Positions 1-11,875 of a DNA stretch of 64,000 bases are shown here, one piece after another. The stretch comes from Lama glama. Its lineage: Eukaryota. Position 1 is the stretch's first letter. Every line of letters starts with the position of its first letter. The stretch is taken from the NCBI GenBank assembly GCA_028534125.1, contig CM052816.1, positions 79,052,001-79,116,000 of the forward strand. Reading direction: 5' to 3'. The position numbers were made by a program, and so were the translations under genes. The notes below the pieces were generated by a model. The model searched no databases. It was not told the DNA's origin and saw only the letters and a list, made by a program, of their open reading frames with translations.

Positions 1-247
1 CTGATAAATGTTTGGGTGAATGGAGCTATCCTGAACATTTAAATTTTGAAATTGTTTTGATAATGTATCCATGTAATCACATAGTCACTAATTGTCTCAT
101 ACCAAAGAGCAACTTTGATTTTTTAATATCAAGGCCAAATGATCTATCTGCTAGTTTAGATAAAAATTAAGTGTTTTAAAGAAACTATAATTTAGGGGTA
201 AGAAAACTGTTGATATTTAATGTTGAAAGATGTTTCTTTCTGCTCAG

Positions 248-386
248 GGTTTGTGTCCGTTCTCGTTGTTGGGATGCCTGCATGGTTGTGGATGGAGGAA
301 CTTCTTTTGAGTTTAATGATGGAGCAATTGCTTCAATGTTGATCAATAAAGAAGATGAGCTTCGAACTGTGCTTCTAGAACAGTGA
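248..386 (+). CDS. NADK2: NAD kinase 2, mitochondrial; last coding exon (upstream exons are outside the window)
   Basis: Acceptor tttctttctgctcag|G, then VCVRSRCWDACMVVDGGTSFEFNDGAIASMLINKEDELRTVLLEQ*, which I recognise as the NADK2 C-terminus; TGA at 384-386; consistent with synteny next to SKP2. Confidence 0.96.
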
Positions 387-1589
387 AGGGTTTCCTCAGA
401 TGACAGATAACTACCGGAAAAAGTTTTACTGCAAAAACAGACTGCCGGTCACAAAGCTACATTTTTTGGTTATTGTCGAGACTGGTTGGCCTTGGGCTCA
501 AAGGTGACCAAGAAAGTGAGATTTGCATTATTCTTCTGTTGGATTCTGATGGAAAAGATGTTCACTGTGTAAGAAAATGGATGGACTAAACTGATTAGAA
601 TTCATACCAGTGAAATTTCTATATTGCTCATACTTGGTTTCCAAGAGTGCTGGTATCTTTTTAAATTTAGAGAGGTAGGCTCCAATAAAGGATTAATGTT
701 CAGGATTTGAAATTTAACTGTACAAGTTTTTTTTCCCCTTACTTTCCCCCCTAACTTTGTGGAATTGGTCAGACCAAACACATATTTAATTAGTATTTTT
801 TATAGTATCTAAAAATCAAGATTTTTAAAAAACTTTGATGATGGAGAATTTTGATAAATCCTGACATTGACCTAACTGAAGTAGGTAAATGTGTTTTTAT
901 ATATGCTAGGAGTTTTCTAATTTCAGGACACAATGCTATTGTGATGACTATTGATTTTAAAACTTAAAGCAATCATTTTTGAAATTATTTATAGCTGTTT
1001 TCATTTAATTGACTGTCAGGTTAATTTTGACAATGCTGGGTGAAATATATCTGGACAAAATCATGACACTGTTAAGGGATGTTTTAATTATCCAACAACT
1101 ATATTAGGTCTTAGGTAATTTTTTAAAAATGGTTTGAGTCTAATAAAGTTCTTCCATATTTAAAACTCTCTAACATGGATTCAAAGATTCAAAGGCTGAA
1201 CTGATTAGACATATTCTATTAGGAGTTTGGTAAAACCTTTGAAAAAGATTTTTGTCTAGTGTTAGGAGTATTGTCAGAAAATGGATTACTTAATAAATAT
1301 GCGAAACATATTAGTTTTGGAATTGCCTTACTTAATATCATGGTAGGTTTCACCTAGCTCATATTCCAAGTTTTACATTTTAGCTTTGGAAGATAAAATG
1401 TTACGGCTTTTCTTTTTTCTCGATTATGACAGTTTCTTTACCTAATTCCTGATCTACTTATAAGTAACCCTAGAATTATCACAGAAAGCACCTCTTGCAG
1501 TATCATGAGACAGTTGGTATTCTCATTCCAATTATTCAAAGTTTTATTGGTTTTGTTTTTACTTGCTGCTAGAATTTTTCTTGAGTCAT

Positions 1590-1700
1590 TGACATATTTA
1601 TTGAACACCCACTCTGTGCCATGTACTGTGACAGGTGCTGGATATACACTGGTAAACTAAACAGACTCTGTCTGATAGAACTTGAGTCTAGTGAGCTCAG
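1590..1700 (-). mobile_element. L2 3'-end fragment within the NADK2 3'UTR
   Basis: catatttattgaacacccactctgtgcca...gtgctggatataca resembles the reverse-complemented L2 terminus. Confidence 0.55.
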
Positions 1701-2348
1701 ACATAAATTCTTTGAAAGCTAGAATGTATCATCAAATTGAGTGCTCTTAGTTCTGGCAACATTTATCATGTTTTTGTCAAATTCAACATTTTTATATAAA
1801 TGTTACTATACAAGGGTAATTTAGGTTTTGATGTATATCCAGAACAAGAATCTGTTTTCCTTTTCTTAGTTTAGAGTATCTGCATAGACACTCATAGCAA
1901 GGAGTTTACAGGATGCATACAGTAAAAATTAGTGTTTTCCCAGAGATGGATCTAGTTTCTGGTTTGATTTAAAAATGATATACTTAAGATGCCACTTGAT
2001 AAAGAAGTAAAATTCCACACTATAAAACCTCCCTAACAGGTTTAAAATACCTTTTTGACAAAAATTCCAGCTCCATCTTTAATATCAAGAAAATTTGATT
2101 ATCCAAAATGGTACCATAGATCTATTAATATGTAACATATTAATAGGTAACCTGCTGTGTAAAATTGTTCATAAGCCATATTTTAAAGGTTTTAAAAATA
2201 CTTAATGTGCTCCATTTGTGATGTAACTTCTAACATTTCTGCTCGGTGGTAGGGTTTTATTTGTAAGAGACGATGAGAGGCAAAGGATGTTAGAATAGCA
2301 AAAATGTTTTTCATGAATGAGTTAATCTTTTAATGGCAATTATGTGTG

Positions 2349-2354
2349 AATAAA
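2349..2354 (+). terminator. Likely NADK2 polyadenylation signal
   Basis: AATAAA followed about 17 nt later by a U-rich tract (cttttcttttttacttcattt). Confidence 0.6.
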
Positions 2355-4911
2355 ATGAAACTACTCTTATCTTTTCTTTTTTACTTCATTTATTCCTCTA
2401 GCTCATATTATGGGTCATTTGAAAACCAGATTTCCCCCAAGTTGTTTCAAGCAGGCCTTTTTCCCCACTGCTATGTATTCTGTGCCCTGCTGACTTCATT
2501 CACTGCTAACATGTGACACAGTGCTTACGTGGCAAATGGAGATAGACTCCTCAGATAATTTTGAGTTAATATTTTTGATGCTCCATATGTATTTATATTA
2601 ATGGCCTCAGTAAATCAGATCATGTTACATGTTTTGCTAAATATATATAGCCTTTGAGTATAAAGAATTTCCATTGAATTCGTTTTTTAAATATAAAAAA
2701 AGAATAAAATACATACAAAGAACCATTAACACAAATTTTATTGAAAAATACTTGAGTTGAAAAAGTTGTCCAATATAAATTTAAGGATTATTTATTGCTC
2801 TGCTGTGAAAACAATGATGTAAATTTAGAATTTAAATCACTAATTCATTGTGCCAATATAGTATGTGCATCATTATACTTAAGGATAGTTATCTACCAAG
2901 ACAGTTGTGCAAAAAAGATCCCAGGCATAACATGATATGTAAATGATATAGTGAAAATATTATATATATAATTTAAAATATAAGGGGGAGGGTAAGAGTA
3001 AACATGCTGATGAACTGCTGAACCACAAAGAGGAATTATTTCAAGTGCAACTTATTCTTTAACATTAAAAATAACCATGAAAGTATTAGAGTGTAAGTCA
3101 GTAAGAAGGCTTATTAAGTTTTCTAATGAAGGAAAGCATGAAGAGTATTTTTTTAAAGTGTCATGAGCTTCATTTTGTGATAGATTTTTAAGAAAATTAC
3201 TGACTAAACATGAAGTCAAAAGAAAAAAAAACAGAAAAGAATGTTGTGTTAATTTGAATGTTTTATAGGATAGCAAAGGCATGGATTATAACTAATTTTG
3301 TCTTCTCTTTTCAAAAATCAAACATCAACAATTAAAAGCAAAAATTCAGATTTTTGAGATCCTGAAAAGACTGTTGAAGAGATACACAGCTTTTTATATC
3401 AGATTGTTAGTTCACTGGGAGTAGGGGTTGAATTCTGATTTGTAACTTCTCACAATGAATACTTCAAAACTGGCATAGCTAGAGAAGAAATTGCCTATTA
3501 CAATAATAAATGGTGGTTTTACTATGCTGAAACATTCTCAGGGAGTCTGTCGGGGGGTGGAGGGGGCAGTTTCTGATGTTTGGATAGTTGAAGTTAGTAG
3601 GACAGTATTTGAGAAACAGGTTTTTTTTACAAACTGTTCTTTTAAATACATTTCCCCCAACTGCAACTTTTGTTTTTTTTCCCCTACACTTATTTTCTTT
3701 AAATGATTGAAGAGAGCTTGAACAATTTGTCAGGTTCTTCTTGGCTTTCACAAGAAAATGATCTATTTAAAATGCCTTTGGTAATTAAGTTTTATTACAC
3801 AGCTATCTTCTGCCTCAGATCTTTGCTTCAAAACATCATTTGTTGATGGAATGATTCTTCACAAAACCATTCTTTCAAATATTTTCACTAGTCGTTTAAA
3901 TGGGTTGCTGTGGATTATCCACTTCGCCTGTAGTTTTGGATGAATGTATTATTGTCAAAGTCCTACCTTTCTGCTTTCTGGCTGATGGAGCAAACCACTG
4001 CAAATGAACCTGCAGTTATCCCGAGTAGTAAATCAATAGTTTTGAGTGAAAAGGAATTTTAAAAGCCAATATAAATGACTATGTGCTAGTTTTTGTTTAA
4101 AAGCCAATATAAATGCATGGTAATGGTTGGGATATGACACACTCCAGTGTGCCTATTAATTTAAAAATGTATAGCTATGGAAAAAGTCTGCTTTATTGTC
4201 TTTCATCAGTCACAGCCCCTGCCATCTGAAGACCTTAAAATACACTGATTTTAATGCTCAAATGTGCAAGTTAGATACCTACTTTAAGAAATACCAAAAA
4301 ATCAGCATTTTGACATTTGGATTCACTAAAAAGCAAAAATAAATATTAAAGCAAAACAAATCCATAAAGGGAGATTAGTATGGGCTTTAGCACTTCAACC
4401 TGTTTTGTGAGGCGTTGGTCCCTTGGTGATGAGAGCTTTTTGACTTCCCGGGATACCTGGCTAGGTGGGGATGGGAAAGGAGTGATAATGAAGGAGGTTG
4501 CCTTCTTGTTTGTTCCAAGGCTAGGGTATCCTGTGGAATGGTGTTCTTCTAGTTTTCCTGGACACTACTCAGTGCCATTCCTTATGGTCAGCACCTTCCC
4601 CTGCCGTCGTTCAAACACATTATCCACACTGCAGATCATTAGTAAATGCTGGATTGTGATTGAGTTCACCAGGATAGAAGGAATGCATCACTTTGTACAG
4701 AAATAATAATTCTGCATTTGGCTTCATATCTTGGGAACTTGTGGCTAGGGTATAGGAGAGGGAGGACCCAAGGACCAGAGGTAGATGTTAACATCATAAA
4801 AAGAATGACAGCCAGATGTTATGCACTTCTTGAAGGAAGGACATAATACTATCTATCAAGTATCACCCTGTGAAACCAAACAAAACAAAACTTGATAGGA
4901 TAAGCCTCTAG

Positions 4912-5112
4912 ATCAGGGTTCAACACTGGCACTATTGAGGTTTGGGACCAGATAATTCTTTGTTGTGGGGAGCTGTCCTGGATGGTCAGCAGCATCCTTA
5001 GTCTACCTGCTAGATGCCAGTGGCACCTCTCCACCTGTGACAACCAAAACTGTTTTCAGATGTTCCCAAGTGTCTCTTGGGTGGCAAAATCACTCTTGGT
5101 TAGGAACTTTCT
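4912..5112 (+). mobile_element. MER20-like hAT-Charlie DNA transposon
   Basis: ggcactattgaggtttgggaccagataattctttgttgtgggg...tgtgacaaccaaaa...ggcaaaatcactc matches MER20 consensus motifs. Confidence 0.75.
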
Positions 5113-5189
5113 GCTGCTGGAACCAACTACCAGTTTATGGAAATAGGGGACAGATTAACATGTTAAACAATACTCCAGGGATCGATCAC

Positions 5190-5640
5190 ATCAGCAAAAC
5201 CCAGAATGTGGAACACTGGACAAACAACGTAGTTTCTTCAATAAATAAGTTGTAAGGATAATAAAGGGGAACCCAAAGATTAAGAAACTTAAGAAAATGT
5301 CCGTATCAAGCAAATGCAACGTATGAACAATGTTTGGAGCCTGATCGAAACAAATCCATGCAATAAAACACTTTCGACGGCTGTGGAATTTCCAACACCA
5401 TCTTGATATTTAATGTTTCAGAATTAATTTAGGAAAATATCTCTTAAAGGTATATACTGAACTATTTATGAAGTCATAATTCTGGGTTTTACTTCAAAAT
5501 AATGTGTGATGGAGGGGCAGGGGGGTGGGAGATGGATGAGACGAGGCTGGCCATGAGTTAATGACTGTTGAAAGTGGGTAATGAGGTTCATCCTCTTCTC
5601 TACCTTTTGCATTTGACATTTTTCATAATTAAAAACAAAA
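5190..5640 (+). mobile_element. Ancient L1 (L1MC/L1ME-type) 3'UTR fragment
   Basis: aaatgcaacgtatgaac...ggccatgagttaatgactgttgaaagtgggtaatg...tttttcataattaaaa motifs. Confidence 0.6.
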
Positions 5641-5851
5641 AAGGAAGCATAGCAGTGATAATATAAAAAAAGAAGCAAAGAACTGGGCCACTGTTCTACC
5701 ATTTGAATGGATGAGATCTAAAGGAATTGAGTTCCTGGAAGAGCTCTGGATGCAGGGTATTAGGAAGCCATCCAAATAGTTTCTTAATGAGATTAAAATA
5801 CACAATTATAAGCTGATCAAGTTTGTATTTAAAAAGTGCTACTAGCTAACT

Positions 5852-5857
5852 TTTATT
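5852..5857 (-). terminator. Possible distal SKP2 polyadenylation signal
   Basis: AATAAA on the minus strand about 320 nt beyond the 6170 signal. Confidence 0.4.
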
Positions 5858-6169
5858 GACGGTACTTAACAATCATTTATCACTTAAATGTTTTATAAAT
5901 GTCATTTCTTTGAGAAGCACTTTAACCACAACAAGCCTGTATTTAGCCCCTTGTCACAGTATTACAGACATTTTAATTTGACAACAAGCACACGAAGTAG
6001 ATGGGGCAAAAAGGACCAGGTCAGGGCTTGTTTTGAAGGGCCTTTTTCAGAGGGCTGAGACAAATCACACACCCCACCAAATGCTAATTTTAACCACAGT
6101 ACTCAAGGAAAAAAAAGAGAAAGAAAGGAATACAACTTAGCTGAAGTACTCGTTCTTATAAAAATGTGT

Positions 6170-6175
6170 TTTATT
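6170..6175 (-). terminator. SKP2 polyadenylation signal
   Basis: AATAAA on the minus strand with a U-rich downstream element (ttcctttctttctcttttttttcc, about 6107-6130). Confidence 0.7.
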
Positions 6176-6246
6176 TTAAAACAAGTCTATAAAAGTAGAA
6201 ATCACATACAAAAATACAGATTACTCTGACACGTTAGCAAAATAGC

Positions 6247-6340
6247 TTATGGCTGGACTTGAGTTTGGAAGTACTGTATGTCTGAGGGCATCCGGAAGTC
6301 AGAGTCCAACCGGAGCCTGTCTCCAGCCCTTGTCACTAAT
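6247..6340 (-). CDS. SKP2: SKP2 alternative terminal exon (SKP2B/isoform-2-like), coding part
   Basis: Acceptor ttgtttacag|A, phase-compatible with exon 9; translates LVTRAGDRLRLDSDFRMPSDIQYFQTQVQP*. The start resembles the human isoform-2 tail (LVTRAG..RLDSD). Confidence 0.65.
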
Positions 6341-7876
6341 CTGTAAACAATAATTTCAAGTAGTATTTAGCACTTTTTAACTACTACGAAATTGAAACCT
6401 AATCATTCCCTGTAGCACACTACTTGAAAATTTTCTCCCTTAGGCCTGAACAGATCAGGGCACTTCATACCACTGTTTCTAACATTTGAAAAATCTGACT
6501 TAAGCAATGTTAATCGAAAGGATGAGTTCTGGCTTTTGTTCCATTTTGAACATACGAGAGGTCCTCAATTTAAAAAAGAAATTAGTGTTTTATGTTTTTT
6601 TAAGTAGAATTTAATCCTGTTGCTTCTATGTATCATTAAAAAAATCACTGATGTTAGCAAAAGGTTCAACACCTGAGTCTTCACTTTTATGTAGGTGCAA
6701 GTTGTGCTTACTTGCTCTGAAACTGTGTGGGACATACACCTACTTCTAGTGTGTGTTTCTGACAGAAAGGAACATGTGGTTCCTCTTAGGGAACTCAACG
6801 TCCAGCAACCTTATAAAATGGGTAGTTTCAAACCATCATTGTGGGAGACCATTAAGAAGGAAAAAAAAGGACAATTTAAAATACTTGATTCCAGAGTAAT
6901 ATAAAAATAACTTCAAGAACCTCAGCGAAAAAGGAACATGGCAGGCAACCTCAGTTCAGCCTTCCATCCAACATTTCAAGAATTAGAGACTGACCGGTCA
7001 CTACCACCTTTCTAAAACAAAGCAAGTCATTTTAAAAGCTAAAGAACACACATTAACATAATTTGATCATAAAGTCAGAAGTCCACAATTAAATTTCCTC
7101 AGCTGATTGAGAATCCTGGGAACACAGTACATAAAGGAGACTTCATTCACGTGCGTTGGAGGATCATTCAGGTTAACCTGTCATAGAAAGTTGCCTCCTG
7201 AGCCTTCAAATTCTCTACCAACTCTCTACCTCTGGTTGGCTGGTTGTTTGCTTTTTTTAAACTTAGGTTTTAAGGTGAATTGCTCAGGGCTATTTGTTTC
7301 CATCAACCTATTTTCAAATCTAAAGGCAAAGCTGAAATTTCTTTCAAAGCATTTTTCTTTCAATCCTCAGGAGAGACTGCCTCAATCTACTCTATGAGTC
7401 TCACTCTGTTCAGCTTATAATACAAATAGCTTATTATTCTTGCAAATCTATGTCTTAGAAAGCAGTACTGACAAATTAAATAGAAGAAAGCTCAGCTGCC
7501 ATATAGGCTATGAAAATGATTTGCTGGTGGTGATTTTGAAGCTTGATTCTTAATAGATTTAATAAGAAGGGCACTTGGAAGAGGTGGCTCAAATCTTGCT
7601 CTTCAAGATATCCTGAAATTACAGGCTTACTCTCCTAAAATTACAAAAGGCCATCAACTTAGGCTTTTAAGGGTATATCAGTGATAAAAGCTTTCTTAGT
7701 CCTTTAAAAAAAACAAGACTTCAAAGTTTTCTCTCTCAAATGGTTCTCTAATATACTTGTAGAAAGAAGGCAAGGGAAAACCAAGAATAAAAATAGCTGA
7801 GCTCTCCAGCAATTGGGCTTCCTGCCTATTTTCCCTGTTCAAAGAAAGGAGGAGACACCATCCTGCAATAGATACT

Positions 7877-8164
<288 letters not shown>

Positions 8165-10024
8165 TTACAAGTTCTTATAAAATGCAAACTGAAGACGTAA
8201 CTTGCAATCAATGATCTGAGAAAATAGCAAAAGTGAATCAAATCACAAAGCACAAGCTATAGCTCGGGCAACATGGCCTTAGGAAACACCCAAGTGCATT
8301 TTGTTGAATTCCTAACCTCAAAACTCCAAGGTTTATTTACAACACAACCATCTTCGCTTCCTTTCTCCATTTGTTGATTTATACTGAAAAGTATCACTGC
8401 GTTGTAACGAGAAGCTAGCAAGCTAGTGATGGGAAAAGTAAACGTTTTACTGAGGCATCTGTTGGAATCACCAAAAGTTACATACAATTTAAGCATATGG
8501 ACTTGACCTTTATCTGAGCGAGGCTCACCTTCTCAAAAGGAGACGTGAGCAGAGTCGATAACTTCTTAATAATGGCTAATATTCAACAAGTCCATTATAT
8601 TCGACGAAACCTAACGGTGACTTCACAACGATATTGTAGGCAGGGTTCTGTGTAGATGGGGGCAATAGCCACCTTACTTCTCTATTTATTATCATTTTTC
8701 TCCTGCCACATGTAACGCAGTCCTCTTCCTTCCTAGGTATTTCACATTAGGTGAAACACAACTTGTCAACAGTGAAATTCTGGTCCCCCATAAAAGGGAG
8801 CCTGTTTCCCCAGAGTAAATACTTTTGGGTAATGATTCTTTTTTCTTAACCCAGATCTGTGTGCTTAGACATTCATCCCTCTGATCTGTATTTGCTCCAG
8901 GTTGGGACACACAGTACAAAGTCTCAGGAAAGGGAATATTTGGTTTGGAATGTCAACAAAATCCCACTGCAGGTCAATGAGCACATCCATGACCTAGAAT
9001 TAGAAGCATCTTTTATATTTCCACATAGCCAGTAATTACTTAAAAAACAAACTTTCCTTACAATAATTGTCACCTTGCCTCCAATCTTTCTTCCTTTCAG
9101 CTTCATGTCCATCCTGACGTTCAATGTGTCTTCAGAAAGCCTAGCTCAGCTTTTGTCCATCCCCAGCTCAAAAACCTTTGCTACTTCCCTCGTGTTTACA
9201 GACCTCAGACTGTTCAGTTGGCCTTAAGACCTTCCCTGCTAAACCTGCTCTCTGACTTTTCCTAATCCTCCAAGAGTATTTATTCTGCACTCAATAAAGT
9301 GTCTTAAACATGATGGATGTTTAATATATATTAGCTGCATACAAGTAGAAGGGTAATTTAGAAAACAAAACTACCAGCCAAATAAAATAAATATGCTTGG
9401 TGTTCTAAGGGGGCAATAAGATCTGGAGGTCACAACAGAATAAAAAAAAATAGGAGGAACAAACTGCTGTTGTTCTTAAAGGAAGCTAATCTCTGGAATA
9501 TAAACAGGAATATAGAGAAAGGTAGATACATAGATGTTTATACTTATTATCACTTAGTTGCTTTCAGGCAATCCCGCCCCTGCCTGAAAGCCCTCTTATG
9601 TGAAATCTGAGTAGTGAGAACTTGGTAAGAGCCATGAGAATTTTGGTTCTGGGATATCCAGAATAGCCAAATTGTAAGTCATTCTGCAGTGGATAGTATT
9701 TAAAAAAAAACTACAGGGGGTAATGAGAAAATGGGGAATGGCAGATGACAGAAAGGGAAATGTTCCTGCAACAGCATTGGGGAAGAGTCTTGGTAAAGAA
9801 AGAAATTACTCTAGACTCACGGAAGACACTCGGGTGTTATATGTGAGAATGGAGAGCTGTAGTATCAGACAGGATGGTGGATGAATGATCATTCCCAAGC
9901 TGAAAAACCAGAAAGTCTTTACAATTTTCAGGAGACCAGAAGAAAAAAAAAAGGCTTTTGTACGTGTATCACCTACAAAACCACAGAGCACACGCACAAC
10001 TATCAATTAAAAACTACCGCGGAA

Positions 10025-10327
10025 GACTGGGATTTCAAAATGTAGAATAGATAAACAAGATTATACTGTATAGCACAGGGAAATATATACAATATCTTGT
10101 GGTAGCTCACAGCGAAAAAAAAAAAACGTGTGGCAATGAATATATGCATGTTCATGTATAACTGAAAAGTTGTGCTCTACACTGGAATTTGACACAATAT
10201 TGGAAAATGACTATAACTCAATAAAAAATGTTAAAAAAAGAGAAAAAAACCCAATACTTACCCAATTTAACCTTGTACAGGAATTGTAAAATAAAAATTA
10301 CATCTTAAAAAATAAATAAATAAATAT
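10025..10327 (+). mobile_element. 5'-truncated L1 3' end with probable 3' transduction
   Basis: L1 3'UTR motifs (tatactgtatagcacagggaaatatatacaatatcttgt...gactataactcaataaaaa), two A-tails and flanking imperfect TSDs actaccgcggaa / actaccacagaa. Confidence 0.75.
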
Positions 10328-11760
10328 ACTACCACAGAAATGACTGAAAAGGAAACTAGGGGAGGAAATGAATATAGTACTTGAGCCATTATTTCTAACT
10401 TAAGAAGAATAAAGTGATACTGATTATGTCTTCAGTGTCTCCGTTTAGTTTTGGTAAACAAAAGATTAAGTAAACAAAACCCCTTCACAGGTTTACCCCT
10501 TACCTCATCTCCTAATCCTGTTTTCCTCATAAAATCCTAAATTCCTTAACTACAAATTCTCCAACAAGAGTTTTTTGTCTCTCCTAATCTCAGATCACTA
10601 TACCATCTCCGGCTTGGGTTTCTTTAGATGGAAGGAATCAGACCACTTAAAGGGTTAGAGGATAAATACAACGAGGTTATGTCCTGAGGAAGAAAAACCA
10701 AGTTTCCCAAGTATTTTAAACCATTAATTATCATTACAGAAGGAAGACCCTTGAATTTTATTTTCCCACTTCTGATATAAGAAATGAAAACTCTTTAGCA
10801 TAAGTGGCTTTCTGGAAGTTACTGCTGAAGATCCTAGAATTCTTACCATGCATTTCATATACATCAGCTGCCAGGATGACTGAGATTCGAGGGCAAAACA
10901 TTTCATCTTGAGAAACTTTTAAGGATAGGGTACCAGCAAGCTCATGTTAATGGATTCACAAGGTAAACCAGTATAACATTTACAAAATGTCTAAAGAAAA
11001 CATAATCTTTTACCTGAAAGTTCAAGGACAGCATCTCTCTTCTGTCTGTCCTCACTCTATTCTGTAGCTAAACTCCTGATGCCCCTGTTTCCCTTATTTC
11101 AAGACAATATTTAGGCAAATCAGTTCTAATAAAGCAATGAGGGTTCACGCCTAGGTCTGTGACTTCAGACCTAAGCCCTGAGCCATCAAATTACACTGCA
11201 GGTATCACAGTGCAGGCATTATCATCCCACTGGATGAAAATATTGTGGGAGGGCTCAGAGCCTCCCCTGAGCCTCTGCTCAGGAGAAAGGATTTGGTATT
11301 ACCTGCTTAGCTTCTCTCTCTCTAGAGAGAAAGAACAGAAGTGACACATGGGTAGATTATCTCGAGAACGGCAACCAAAAAAATGATCACTGCACTCCCA
11401 GGGGCTGCAAAGGCAATGAAGCTGGAGCCCAGATGGTGAGGACAGGAAAGAACGGATGACAGAGAAACCTTTCCGGGTGGACACATCAGGCTCCTGGGAA
11501 TTCTGCACACTAGAAAATTCAAGTGGCAGGATATTTTAATAAGAATTCCATGTGTACGAATTTAGACCTCAACATCGGAGAGCCCTCAAACTGAATACCA
11601 GCCACTCTTTTAGGCAGTGCTTTTCCAAATGAGATATCAGCTCAGCCCCTAAACCCCAAGATTAATTAAACTGATCAATTAAAAAATATAACCACCGGAT
11701 TCCCTAATCCTATTAGTTAACTCTGTAGAACTGAAGTATCTGATTTATTCATTAATTCTT

Positions 11761-11875
11761 TTGGGGGGGGGTAATTAAGTTTATTTATTTATTTTTAATG
11801 GAGGTACTGGGGATTGAACCCAGGACCTCATGCATGCTAAGCATGCACTCTACCACTGAGCTATAACCTTCTTCC
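11761..11875 (-). mobile_element. tRNA-derived SINE (Vic-1-like, camelid)
   Basis: Reverse complement reads tatagctcagtggtagagtgcatgcttagcatgcatgaggtcctgggttcaatccccagtacctcc plus an (aaat)n tail; 21-bp TSD ctgatttattc(a/c)ttaattctt at 11740-11760 and 11876-11896. Confidence 0.88.

Larger units (their letters stand above)
387..2375 (+). other. NADK2: NADK2 3'UTR (end approximate)
   Basis: AT-rich sequence after the stop; AATAAA at 684, 1142, 1292, 2349 and 2703. Confidence 0.65.
6150..7876 (-). other. SKP2: SKP2 3'UTR of the main isoform (end approximate)
   Basis: Sequence between the TGA (7877-7879) and the poly(A) signal at 6170-6175. Confidence 0.7.

Noticed and set aside
8540..8660. CpG-rich patch in SKP2 intron 9
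   Set aside because: Partly resembles a decayed MIR; I could not support any ORF, structure or motif cluster.
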